Assembly: GCF_000181795.1 (NCBI RefSeq) | Contig: NW_003526944.1 | Location: forward strand, 4,868,479 to 4,932,478 | Origin: Trichinella spiralis | Lineage: Eukaryota | Length of the DNA: 64,000 bases | Direction of reading: 5' to 3' | Shown here: piece by piece, positions 1 to 13,640 of the stretch | Layout: each line of letters starts with the position of its first letter | How positions within the stretch are numbered: position 1 is the stretch's first letter | Position numbers and translations under genes: made by a program | Notes under the pieces: generated by a model | Database searches by the model: none | Seen by the model: only the letters and a program-made list of their open reading frames with translations | Told to the model about the DNA's origin: nothing

Positions 1-1249
1 AAATAATAAAATCAAAAATACAGTAAAAAGCAATGAAGTTCTTTAATGAATCTATTACTGTACTTTGATTTACGTAGGTAAACATACACTAACTTTATTA
101 TTGTTTATTTGAAAAAATGAATTTTCTTAATTGGTTCAAAATTGGTTAAAATGCATTTCAAAAATATGAAAATTATAAGTTCTGTCATGTCAATCATACA
201 TCCGTGAGGAGGATGTTGCGTTCTACACACTGTATTAGCTGCAGACAGCTACACAAAACTTGTTACTTGTTATTAGATGGCGAAATCACTGATTTATTGA
301 AGTTATTGTTTGGCTTCAGTGCCAAATTTGACCATTTCTTCTAAAATGTTGTAGTTCCATAGTTTCAGCTGCTGGAGCGTAATTTACAGGATTCGTTTGA
401 AATACCATTTTCACAATTTTGAATTGTTCAGAGCAGATTTTGTAAGATTGGCGTGTGCTATTTCTGTAATTTTCCAGTTGATTTCAATAATGCTATAAAT
501 ATAAATTCATATATTTTAGTTTTAGAATTCATATTTTAAAATCAAGAGAAGATGAAGTTTTTGTTTGGAATATGAAAAAAGAATTGCATATCGCAATAAA
601 AAAATGTTTAAAGCAAGAAAATTGAAATGCCTAAGTATTTCATTTTTATGCATTGCGACATTTAAGTAGCACAAAGTGCAATATACAAATTGAACCTGAA
701 AATCGAATTTCAACGAGCACCATTTTGAGCACGACGATAAGTAATGTTATAAAAGTATTTTTTTATTTAATCGTGGCTTATTTTATTAATGCCATACTTT
801 GTGTTCTTCAATTCAGCAATCTTCTGTAAGTGTTGGTTTTAATTTTTTTTGTATTTTGATTGTTCACTGTTTTCTTCGATTTTTAACATTTGACAAGTTG
901 GGAACTATACATGTTCACGTAGATCAGTGTTCGTTAATTCAGTCTTGCATGGTGCAGTTGAATTTCCATTTAGTTGTATTTTTTGATTACAATGATTTTG
1001 TTGAATTTGAAAAACTGTTAATTAATGACTAGTGACTTTATGCAGATACGATGTGGCCGCAATGTATTGATTTAAAGTTCAATTGTAAATCAGTTGAATG
1101 CTCATTATTTTGCATTAATATCACAGAAAAAGGACATGTTTTGTATCAGAAACTTTTATTAACAATAATTTTCATACATTTATAACATTAACGCAAGAAA
1201 ATGCAGCATTTCTTGTTATTGAAATCTATTTAATCAGGGTTGGTAGAAA

Positions 1250-4200
1250 TTATTCAAATTGCGGATACTCGTTAACACTGATGTACATCTCTAGTGTTTC
1301 TTCTTTTTCATCACTGGTAATGTATTTGTGGGTTGACTTTAATTTTGCTCCAATCTGCAAGCGTTCATTGCCGAAATCGCAAATCAAAGGTGCTCCAATG
1401 CTCTGGAAAAATTTAAATTTAACGCCTAAAAATTTTGCCGAAAAAAGACACACTGTACCTGATACAGCATTGTGCTTGGATTTGAAACACAGATCATGTG
1501 ATTTCTATCGAATTTTCCACTGAAAACTGATTCACAAGCTTCTGGAGTGACAATTCGCACTGGAGTTTCGTCGACCGCACCTCGTCTGTTCAAACCGTAA
1601 ACGTAGCACATTTCAATCCTACCTGCTATATTTCTCCTGTACTGTATTGTATGGAAGAGAGATTTAGCAGGGGGTTCAATAGTTATTGGGTTGAAAAGTT
1701 TTAACAGTGCTAAACTGGCTTTGATTTGTCTCATGTGATCATCGATTGGCTGGTAAAGTATGATATCTTTTACTCTGTACATTTGAGTGCTTCCTCCTCG
1801 AGAGAATCCCGGGAATACGTAAATATCTTCTCCAACTCTGCAATTAGTTAGTATATGTGAAGTGTAAGCAACTTTTCACGTCAGCGTATGTGGAAAAAGA
1901 GAACTTTTTTTACCTTCCTCTAGTGCACGGTGAACTTGTTATCAATGTGTCAGTTGTAATTTGTTTTCCATAGTAGGAAACAGCCGTTGCGGTACAAACG
2001 ACCGAGAAGTTTCGATTAATGTCATCATATATTAAATGAAATACTTGAGTATTAGCGTTGCTTTGTTTATTTCCTTGGAGCTAGAAATAATAATTATTGT
2101 TTTTTATTTTTGTAATATTTATTTTGGAAAATTATTTGTCAGTTGCGCGCGGCGGAAGAATGTAAATTTACAATTGAAGAATTTAAGAAATATATGTACA
2201 TTAATTTGAACAAATGCAACTACTGAAGAAGAATAAGATCAGGTATGAATTGTACGTTAAAGTTATAAAATTTGAAATTTTCTTACCCAATATACTGTTG
2301 GATAAAGCTTTTTCAATATGCTAGCTATAACATCGTCTGATTCAGCAAAATAATTCGGAGAGTCTTCTGAAACAGATTTTTTTTTATTTTCAATAAAATT
2401 AAATTTACATTGTTGAATTGTTTTTTACGGGAAATTTCAGTTGTGTCGCGTTGAATTTCTGCGGCGAATTTTTTCGAATTGTAATATTCTGATATTAGAG
2501 CGGTCATTTTAAATAGACCATTTCCATGCGGGAATATGAAGCTGAAGCTGCCGTACAGATAGGCTTTACCGTTGTGGATGCAAGTCAACGCCCCACCATT
2601 GTACTAATAATTAATTGAACAAAAATTATTTCACCGTCTGCTTGAAATAATTTAAAATGATGATTTTTTTTTGAAAAAATTTACCTGTGTATGTTTGAAT
2701 AATTTTAAATGTGCACAAATTCCAGTATGTAAGCCCAGTTCTGGATAGTGACTTTTGGTGCATGGTTTTTCAGCCGTCAGGACGGCGGCAAATTCAGCCA
2801 CTCTTACTTGTTGTAAATCGAAACCGTTGAGGAAGCATCTTTCCGGTTGATATACTTGATTAGTTGGTAAAAGACAAGCTGGCTGAGAGTGCAAATTGAA
2901 AATGATTGGATTTTTCAGACGTAGTACAGTCAAATAAGGGTTTGACATGGAATCGGAATACATAATGATTTCTTGAATATCTTGTCGATTGTCGTTTATT
3001 TTGTGAAATGTATTCTTGTCGTATCTTCCTGAGTAGACGAAGTGTTCATGTTTGATTTCATAGCTGTTATATCTGTGAAATGAGAAATAGAGGGAATATT
3101 ATTAAACAAAGAATACAACGCATAGATCACATTCAGGTACCCAATGCATGTTGATGAAGTGGCTATGATGTCTGTATTGTTGGAATATTTTTGCTGGTTA
3201 CCATATTGTATAATTGTTGCCAAGCAATGCAAAGAATTGCTTCCTTTTTTGACAATCAACGCTGACCATGGAAATGCTTCTCTTGCATAAAAGTAGTCGT
3301 CTGCTGTGATTCCATATTGGCTGAAGTCACCGCAGCTTATTCTATTTCCCTGGCAATAGCAATAAATTAATAAGTTGAATGCATCTTTAAAAACTGCCTT
3401 TTTAAAACAACTTTATGAAAATTTTTTGACAAAAAAAGATTTCAATTTATCTTGTATAAAGTTTTCTTACCATGACTCTTTTTGCATTTGCAAATATATT
3501 TTCTTCTGACTCATCTGACCACACATCTGTAAATTGATCCGTTTTTAATAGATTCAACTGCTGTTCGTGAATTGGATGTACATACCAGTGTCACGTGGCA
3601 ATTTTCTTCTTGCTTCCTAAATAAGACAGAAAATAGTAGCTTTTTATTCAAATTATTTTAAATTAAGGTTGCTTTTCTTTTTTCAGTTTAATAATTTTCT
3701 TTGATGTAGAAAAAGCAATATTGAAAGCCTTCTGATTAATTACCCAGCTTATTCCAGCCATCGGATCACGAAGTTCAGGAAGTTGTGGTTGTATATTCGG
3801 GCTTGGTTGCTTTGCAGGTTGCGGTTGAGGCTTTAGCTGAGGCTGAGGCTGAGGCTGAGGTTGACGCTGGGGCTGGGGTTGGGGCTGGGGCTGTGGCCTG
3901 AATTTTGGTTCTTGTGGTTCAGGTTCACGCTTTATTGGCGCTTGGGGAATTGTTGGTGACGGTTGTTTTGGCACTTGTTCCTTCCCACTTGTCTGTCGCG
4001 CTAGAATAATAGAACTTCTGCTTTAGATGGTATTTTCCTTGAACAAATACTAACTTACATTTTTCGATTTCTCTGTTTGTTTCCACCATTGCTTCATAGA
4101 ATGGATTCTAAATTGATGCACTTATTTATATTATTTTCATTTTCAACGATGTTGTGTTTTGCATAATTGTTAAAATTGCTGCAGTGAAAAAATCATATAA

Positions 4201-5349
4201 TTAATTGCTTACTCTTCGTATTGGACTTTTTGCTTTAGGAGTTGGATTTTTTTGTTCAACTTTTGCTGAAATGTTGAAAAAGTAATATATTATTAAAAGT
4301 TATTACCGATGCACGTTAAGAAAACTATCTTCACTTTCTATTTTTGGGTAGTCTGTTCTTATGACCGGAGGTGTTCTCTAAAAATATGTATTTTGAATAA
4401 GAATTATAATTTCATAGCTTTGCACAACGTTGCACATATATATATATATATATATATATCGTGCATCTTTTCTATGCTGTACCTCTGGGGAGGGTTTTGT
4501 TGGTGATTTGGGGGTTTTATCAGCCGAAGGAGAGTTGTTTATGAGGGACGGTTTTTTATCGCTGAGAGTCTGCTCTAAAAATGAATTATATTATAGAAAT
4601 ACTCAAATGTTTTACTTTAACTTACTTGGTTTGTAATTATTAGAATTTTGTAGTATCCTGTAAAATCGTCCCTGTAAGGAGCAAAGATGTAAAGTTAGCA
4701 TTTAAGGATAAATATTTGAATATGTTTTGAGTAATAACTGTATTTCTAATTTAGTTGATGCTTTAAGAAGAAAAGCTATAGTATTAAATGTAGTACTTTT
4801 TTTAATAATTTAGACAGTAAAGTTAGAGTAAATACCAAACACGTCCAATATTGTGGAAGATTAGATTATGAAATTATGCATATTTGATTTGTGACATTTT
4901 ACATAAATGATTTTACCATTTTAATTTGATCCCTCATTGTCTCTACTGTGGCTTTGCCTAAAAAAATGTATTGTCACATTTGTATTGAATTTATAAATGA
5001 ATGCTGAAATAAAATTACTTTTTTGTCCAGCAGGAGTTTTATAATTCACCACTACTGTTTTGCCTCGTGCTGCCTGAATAATATGCGAAATAAATTTAGT
5101 AGAATATTTCTTTACAAGTATTAAGTGTTTCAGTTGAATAAAGAATTGCATTTGTATAATTTGAGGTGCGTAAAATTTTTAATCAATACTTGTTATTATA
5201 AAATGTAATTGCTCTTCATGAAATAAATGATGTGAATTTTTATAGTGGATAACTGAAATTTTAAAAAATAAATTTCTAATACTTACTTCTGCATATTTTG
5301 CTGTATGGATGAGCAGCACTAAGCATGGCAGGAAAAGTGATATCTTCAT
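1250..5349 (-). CDS. Secreted double trypsin-domain pseudoprotease, paralogue A, with a long Pro/Gln/Lys-rich N-terminal extension (multi-exon)
   Basis: Exon 1 (5349-5287) reads MKISLFLPCLVLLIHTAKYAE, signal-peptide-like, followed by a GTAAGT donor. About nine small exons encode a low-complexity region. Domain 1: CGDFSQYGITADDYFYAREAFPW...HCLATII...TSSTC...QPACL...YNGGALTC. Domain 2: TSSPC...SLALLKL...HMICV...SIGAPLIC...YPQFE*. Confidence 0.85.
3811..3905 (-). repeat. Coding (Pro-Gln)n repeat in paralogue A
   Basis: (GGCTGA)n/(GGCTGG)n on the + strand translates as PQPQPQPQPQRQPQPQPQPQLKPQPQP within ORF 3663..3974. Confidence 0.9.
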
Positions 5350-7672
5350 TCTGAAACAAAGTGGCTAAAATATTTTGGTGAAAAAATTTCAAACGCGCTT
5401 CTTTATCTGTGAGAAGTATAAAATTTATGGAATGCTTTAAAAATTATGAATTATGATTATGCAACTCCAAAACAGATGGAGAATTGAGTCTGTGAAAGTG
5501 AACATTATGCAAAAGCCATAGTCGTGATAAGAAGTGAAGTTTCCAACCACATCTCGGCAGATTTATACAGTTTCATGCAGAATTTATTTTGCATTTATTG
5601 TATCTTTGCAAACACTGCAAACAACAGTAAAGATGGATGACGTGCATTATTAATGTTTTCCAATAACCAAATATTGAAAAATTCTAAATTTCGAGGTGCA
5701 AAAAAATTTTTTCGTCTACTTTGCTTTAGTCAATGCGAGGTGAATAAATAAATTAATCAGTACGGCATGTTTTTGTGTGGTATTTTTAATGTAGTCATAG
5801 CTGAAATGAGTGGCTTTTTTGAAATTATTTTGCTTACATTAGTTGCATTTTTATTTGAAAATGTTAGTTAACTGTTAAATAAATAGTCGTTAATCAAATA
5901 ATCTTAGAGGGGGCGGTGAAAAATTGTTTAATAACAAATCCTTTTCAAAGCTATACGGAAAATGTTCATTGATTTTATTTTATTTAATGAATACTTTCGT
6001 TGGTTGATCAACTTTAAATATTTTAAATTATTTATTTCCCCCGTGCATTTTATTGAATGTTTTGATAAACTTTTATTTATATTGCGTTTTATTTTAAAAC
6101 ATGTATTCTCTGTCTCTTGCTAATAATTCTTTTACTTCTTTATGCTTTGTAAATTTGAATACGTTCAACATTATGAAATGTATAATATACTCATGCATAT
6201 TAGAACGTATAAATACATGCAGCTTGATTACTTGAAGATTATGATTATTAATAATTTGCTTTATATTGTTGTTTATTAACTTAATGAATAATTTTCTAAT
6301 ATATTTGTATTATTCATTTTTTGAGTAATTTTTATTTTTTAACAGTTTGTCATTCTAGTTTTTTACAAAGTAATTACAAACTTTCATGATTACATTTTTT
6401 ATTTTATTTTTGTAATTTAATATTACATGATATTTTAATTTTTGTGGAAAAGAATATAAATTTGCACAATGTATGAAATTTCATTTGGTTTCCATTTGTT
6501 TATGTGAAATCAGTATAATTTTTCTGATTTGTTGAATGCAATTATTATTTTTTAATTCAATCATTCGGCAGTTAGTAATGGTTCATTTGCTGCAATTATT
6601 TAATATCTGTTATTTTGGGATGCTTTTCATTTTGAAACTTTTTCATATTTTTTCAATGTGAAATTCATGATGATGAAAGCTAATTTTTTTTATCCATGAC
6701 TATTCAAGTATTTTTCTCTTTAGTTTATTTCGACAGTGTGTTTTTTTATGAGCTTTTCAAATTTTGAATCGTGGAATTTCAATATGTGAAATATTACAGT
6801 AAGCAGACTAATTTAAATAAAAACAGAACGAGGTAGATGATATTTGATAATAAAATATTTGTTTTCATCGTGACGATATATACGATTTTTGTGTGGGTTG
6901 TAACCTGTGAAAATAACTATAAATACCACATTAAGTTAGGTTTTAAATCAAACAATATATATTTTAATATTAAAAATTAATAAAGCAACAAACATTTTAA
7001 TAAAATGTGAAATTTTAATTTAATATATCCAATTGAAAATTTAGTAATTTTAGTGTTTATCTGCACAGATTTTCACATTGAAAACTGGTGAGTCTGATGA
7101 AAATTTGTCAATATTTTCAACAATTCAAATTGCTATATGCAGATATTTGATATTGCTTTTCATTTTTTAACTTTCCACTTTTACAGTTATTACACTGATA
7201 GCAGTGATGTAAGTTAGAATACTGATTTTTTTAATTTATGAATTATTTAGTTTTTTATTTTTTAATTATTATTTTAATTTTTTATTATTAAAAATAGTTT
7301 TAAAATCGCTGTTTAATCCAAAATAAAGAATATGCAGACAGCTGATGAAAATTTGCACTTTTCAGTTAGAAAATATATAATGATTTCTATTAATTTTCAG
7401 CTGTATGTATTATATTGTAGATCAGTACAATAAGTTTCAGAATTTGAAAGTTGAAGATTTTTATGAAAGTGGGAAAATGGATATTTTTGTTTATAAATTG
7501 CATTTATGCTGTTACTTTTGTAATTGAGCTTTTCTGATTTTGTTTTTTGCAAAATATTGACTTTATTTTTTATACTGCTTATTTTGTCATTTCTTTTTTT
7601 GTTGTAAAGTATATCTGTGAAAAGATGTAAAGTTTGATTTTAAGTTTGAAATGCAGGCAAATAAAAAAATCA

Positions 7673-10175
7673 TTACAATGGTTCATAATACAATAAATCA
7701 AATTTTGAAATTAGAATGTACGCGGAAATATCCATGTCATTGTCTTCGTAAGGTTCGTTTTCCACGCCCAGATTGATTTTTATGCCCATGTGGACATTTT
7801 CATCGTGTTTTCTGCAAATCAGGGGTGCACCGATCGTCTGAAATATAATTTTTATTTTTTGCTTTTTGATGCAAGAATGAAATAATATATAAATGTTGTT
7901 TTACATGTGTCAATTTATTTTTCGGCTCTAATCCGCAGATCATGTATTCACTGTGAAAGCGTGGGCCATAAACGATCTTACAAGCTTCATGAGTGACAAT
8001 GATTACTTCGATGTATTTAGTGTTTCCTTGTTTATCAATTCCCCCAAGCAAACAATAATCAATGCCGGTCAGATCTTCATTCAAACGAGGAAGCCGAATG
8101 GTTGTTGCTTGGTTTCTATATTCCACTGATTGATATAGTTCTACAGATGCTATGCCAACTTGGTTCACTGGTAGTTCATATCCTTTGAATGGCATATGTT
8201 CTATTAACTTTATTTGTAATAACATGGCTTTCGGTAATCCCTTCTCTTCTGAGTGGAATCCAGTAAATGCGTACTTTATTGAGGGTGCCCTAAATTTCAT
8301 TTTTTAAATATTTCACCATTATCATTATTATTGTTAGTGTAATATTACATCGTTCATATCAACTATTAATTAGTGTTTTGCTTACCGTCTGGGAAAACAT
8401 TGCGAACTTGTTATCATTTGTGATGTTTTAGCACTGTTGTGTGTAAAAATGAACATGCCTGTACATAATATGCTCCAATGTTGATTTTTTTCACCAATCA
8501 CATGTGCAATTGTACTTGGAAGGTAGCCAGTTGAAATTGTAAACTGAAAGCAATGAGATTAGTTTATATTACATGTGTTTTTCAAATTATGTTATTAAGA
8601 TAAAATATTGTACGTTTATTAAATACATTTATGTGTAAATAGGCATGTTCTACACGCAGACGTTTGAAAAAGATATCGTTTACAAAATTTTATCATGAGC
8701 TATCATTCATTCATTTATGATTATTATTCAACTGAAATTATTAATTTAATGTAGCATATTATTTTTTTAGTGTTTGATAGAGTTGTTAATTTAGAAAAAA
8801 AATTAGTTGAATTTCAATTTTACCGGTGGATGATTGGGATAAAGATCGGAAAGTGCTTTTTTCAATTCTTCTTCTTCTGCATCGAAGCATTTTGCGGTTA
8901 AAACTGAAAACCAAAAAAAAACTTTTCAATTAAATTTTAGCAGTTGGAAATTTTGAAATTCTAGCCATGCTTTTTCTGAACGTTGCTGTTTGCAGTTTTG
9001 CGAACTTTCGGAATGATAAGGAAGTGAAGTATTCGGTGAAAAGTGAATATTCACTGTATCTTTTAGTTGATACTGGGATTCTCTTCACGAAAATACCATA
9101 CAAATATCCAATACCATCGATAAAGCAAGTTAATGGAGCACCTTGCTTCTGAACAAACAAATAATAAGAGAATTATTTTTACTTAACATAATATGTGTAA
9201 AGATGTGACATTTTTTCTTGCCTGAACATCCAGCATATATAACGATGCACCGCATACGGCAGAAATATCGGGAAGATTCAAACGTTGCACTGTAGTGCAT
9301 GGAAATTGCCCATTGAGACGTAGAGGATATTCACCCAATGAAAATTTATTGCCGTTGAATCCGGATACGAAGCATTTATTTGAAAAAGGTGGAATTTCTT
9401 CTTTTAAACAAATCGGCATCCGTCGTGCGTTGAAGGTTACCGGTAGTGATAGTTGTAAAACGGTCAGGGGTATACTTGACCGACCATCTGAGAATGTTAG
9501 TATTTTTCTTATTCTTGAGCTGCGCAATGTCTCGGTTGAATTGTATTGTCCGAAGAAAACACGCATTGTTCTTATTGATTCTTGAACAAAAAAATTATAC
9601 ATAAACGAATTTTGAACTATGTCCTGAAACGATTCATCATATCCTAAGCATTTCGGTGACGTCAAGACCAGATCGCTTGTGTTTGATGCTTTTTGTATTT
9701 GTGCCAATTGTATTAAAACTCCCAAGCATTCTACTGCGGTCACATAGTTCGTTTTCAGATGTACAGTCCAAGGGAATGGTTGCCTATCGTAGAAATAATC
9801 CTCTTCAGTATAATTGAACTGGCGCACGTTTCCGCATTCAGTATTCTTAGCCTGGTAATAATGTTCATTTTTATCAATATTTTCAAATTATTCATTTTTA
9901 TAACTTAACTCTAAATAAGAAATATTATATTTATTTATTTGAAGTTCTGTAAAAATATATTTTTACATTTACATTATTATCAAATCTGTTAAATTTTGAG
10001 TGGAGATTTTTTATTATAATTTAAACATTTTTCAAACATGTACAGCGTGATAAATACATTTTATGAAAAGTAAGGAAAAAACATTTTCTTTTCTAATAGC
10101 ACCTACTTTTGTAGTATAAAACAGAAATATTGTAAGAATGATAAAACGAGAATGCTGAGAATGAACTTTGTACAT
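7673..10175 (-). CDS. Secreted double trypsin-domain pseudoprotease, paralogue B (multi-exon)
   Basis: Exon 1 reads MYKVHSQHSRFIILTIFLFYTTK. Domain 1: CGNVRQFNYTEEDYFYDRQPFPW...TSPKC...MPICL...CFVSG...KQGAPLTC. Domain 2: TSSQC...YMICG. The last exon reads TIGAPLICRKH...DLLYYEPL*. Confidence 0.85.
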
Positions 10176-10637
10176 TGTTGAACGATACGTAGCTCACGTT
10201 GAACGTTGGTTTTAAATGTCTCATGAGCGATCCTGAACAGTATAATTGTTTATTTCACTGATTTGCTGATGAAGAAGAATTTATGTAATGAAAAGTAACA
10301 TTTGATTTTCGAATTTCTTTTGCATTTTACCACGCATTTTACTGCGTCTGAAGTGACATTCTATCATAAAGTTAGATTTGAAGAAATTTGCCAAGATGAT
10401 TTCAATTTTCATTATATGATAAATCAGTTATTTCATTATTCAGTGTAAATTTGCTTTTAAGGTTTGCATATCATTACATGCTTTTCTGAACATCGATAGC
10501 TACACCTAAAACAAACAATGGGAAATTGGCAGTCATTTGTGAATTTTAACGACTTTTCTAAATTTATTATTGTAAAATGTAAAATATTATTATAATATAT
10601 ATATATATGCATTCAAAATCGATTGTGTTGCATTTTC

Positions 10638-13600
10638 TCACTGAACTTCTGCAATACTTAAATATGCACTTGCTGTAGCGTTGTTTTCATTTTTATTTTC
10701 ATATTCTGCGCTAAGTGCCAACTTTATACCGAAAGTGATTTCCACGTTGTGCTTCTTGCAAATCAACGGTGCTCCGACAGACTAGAATTTGATTTTTATT
10801 TAAATTTAAAGACATTTATTATTAGTTGACTTTTGATACACTTACATGTGTTATTAGAGAGTTTTCTTCAGATACACAAATCATGAAATTGCGGTCAAAT
10901 TTATTTCCGAAAAATTGTTCACACGCAATAGGCATGACGATGTCGACTTCATTATTTTGCACAATTCCATCTTCATCCAAACCTGTAGTGTAGCAACTGT
11001 CCACCCCGTTGATATGTTCCTTACGACGAGCCCTTCTGGGATACGAGGTGCCGTTTTCCCTCTTCCAAATGGATTTGCTCATTTCCAGGATGAGGAATCC
11101 CAAATTTCCATTGCCAATTTCACGTACGCTTACTGTATGAATTCGTATCAGGGCAGCTGCTGCTTTTCCACTGATTGTTGGCTGAAATCCGGCGAAGAAA
11201 GCTATCATATCTGGAAGACGTCTGGGAAAAATGTTTTTTTTATCTCAAATTTGAAAAGCTGCACATTTGCCAACTGACAATTGCCAGCACATACCTTCTT
11301 GGAAGGCATTTCATCGCCGTGAGCAGTAGTAGTGTTTCAGAACGTTCTGGTGCAAATAGAGCGACAGCTGTACAAACAATGGATACATTTTCACTTTTTT
11401 CGGCAACAACATGACCAACACTATCAGCGGTTGGTATATCTTGAAGCAAATCGTACTGAAATTTAAGGAAAAGTTGTTCTTATTTCACACAACTCTTTAA
11501 TGAAATTGAAAATGGAACTGAATTTTTTGTTTTGTTTTAATGCAGCGTTTCAATATTATTATTACCTCAGGATGCTTTGGGTAAAGTTTTTTTAGAATTC
11601 TGTGTATGTGTTCGTCATTAATATCGAATTGAACTTCCATTTCTGAAAGACGCTGAATTAGATAGTCTAGATATGGGCTTTGGGGGGGGGTATGTTTACC
11701 ATTTTTATAATTATCACTGGTAGAATGTTTCAATATATTTTTTGCGAAGGCTTTCGAAGTGAAATATTCCGCAAATAAACCTACTCTATCTCTTGTTAAT
11801 GCGAAAAAACTCTGAGAAAAAATACCATACAAATACGCTTTGCCACTGACGAAGCATGTTAGCCCTGCGCCGTCGTGCTATATGAAAAGCATACGTTATG
11901 GTCTTTATCGTCATTATTATTTAAATTTATAAATCGACAAATTACCTTGACATTTTGCAATTTTTTCACCTCTGAGCACAGTCCTTTCTTGTTCTCGAGA
12001 ACACGGAATGTATCTTTCGTGCAAGGAAACTCAAATATCAAAGATGCTGGGTATTCAGCTACAACATTTTTTTTCATATTGTAACCTGAGACGAAGCATT
12101 TCTGGGCCACATGTAGCTTTTTGGATTTAATTAAGCAAACTGGATGTCTGTTTTTGTGCAAAATTGCGGGCGTTTTCAGTTTCAACAAAGTAATATGCGG
12201 TCTTGAAGTCGAATCTTTGTACTCTTTGATGTCTTGTATTTTTAAGCTGTTTCTTATCATTTCTGAAACATTTCTAGGATTGTATTTTCCAACGAAAACG
12301 TAAAATAGTTTCTTTTTTTTCTCTGAATCATTACTGAAAAAAATAAGAAAGAAAACATTTCTATTAAGCAGTTTAACAGTCAGTATCTCATTCTCGTCTC
12401 ACTTATTATATCCAAAACACCGTGAAGAGGTCAGTACAAATTGAGTCCAATTCGATGCATGCTGGATGTCGGCACTTTGAATTAAAATACCCAAGCAGTG
12501 TACAAGCGGAGATTGATGTTTCAAAATAGTTACTGTCCAAGGGAACGAATGTCTTCCATAAAAGTAGTCCTCTTCGGTGAGGTTGAATTGTCCAACATCA
12601 CCGCAACCAATGTTCATATTCTGATGTGAAGATATTTTGCAGAAATATTTGTTTTCAATAAATCAAGCACAGTATTCAACATTTGAAAAATGTAAATAAT
12701 TTTTTCAAAATTTAATTTTCATACCTTGTCAGTGTTGGATGGCTTGAAAATATCCATATCTTCTTCAGATTCTGACCAGTATTCTTCTGGATTTTCTAAT
12801 TTTACAACAATAATATTTTATCATTGCAATTATTATTGCATTTTTGGGTTGAAATTTTTCACTTACCTGTTTCTTGTAATTTTCCTATTTGTTCATTCTG
12901 TAAAATGATGAATTTGATTCTAAGCGGTTTGATAAAAGCGAAATTGCACACACCCACATATATATATGTTGTGGCAAATGTTAACATTTGTCTGCTTTAT
13001 CGAAGTTATGTGTATTTCATTATTGTATATATTAATTTATAAAACTAGCGGATGTATAATTAATAGATTGTATGATATTAAAATGGAATTAAATTAACAT
13101 TATTGTGTTTAGTTTTAATATTTCTTTTTAAATGTAACATTTTGAATTTTAGGTATTACTTTTTCAATTATTTCCATGCCATATTGTGATCCAGTTTTAT
13201 TGTATTTTGTCAGTACAACATTTGTGTTTTCTGCTTCAGAGGCTGTGAAAAGAAATTCAATTAGAAAACTTTTCCTCAGCTATATCAACTATTCACTAGT
13301 TACCTAGCGATGTAGTTAAACTTGCCAAAGCATCGTTTACGTGGAATATTTTTATGAATCGTATTGACTGAAAAATTGTCAAATGAATCATTTTAGCAAC
13401 TTTTCATTATCGATTTGCATTTTTAAGAAATTATTTAATGTTAATAATAATCATCAAGCAGTTATATAACACTTTGAATTACTTTAAAAAAATTTTATAC
13501 TTGTTAATTGAAAACATATGCATAATGGAACGAGTAATTTTCAGATGTTAACTACTAATAATAATTAATAGATTTTCACTTACTTCCGTGAATAGTAAAT

Positions 13601-13640
13601 GGCAAAATAGTGTGAAAATCAACAGAAGCGGAGTCCACAT
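10638..13640 (-). CDS. Secreted double trypsin-domain pseudoprotease, paralogue C (multi-exon)
   Basis: Exon 1 reads MWTPLLLIFTLFCHLLFTE with a GTAAGT donor. Domain 1: CGDVGQFNLTEEDYFYGRHSFPW...TSSRC...HPVCL...CFVSGY...HDGAGLTC. Domain 2: TAMKC...FMICV. The last exon reads SVGAPLICKKH...SIAEVQ*. Confidence 0.85.

Noticed and set aside
270..500. Exon-like stretch on the - strand near the window start
   Set aside because: All frames close within about 30 codons and there is no recognisable motif.
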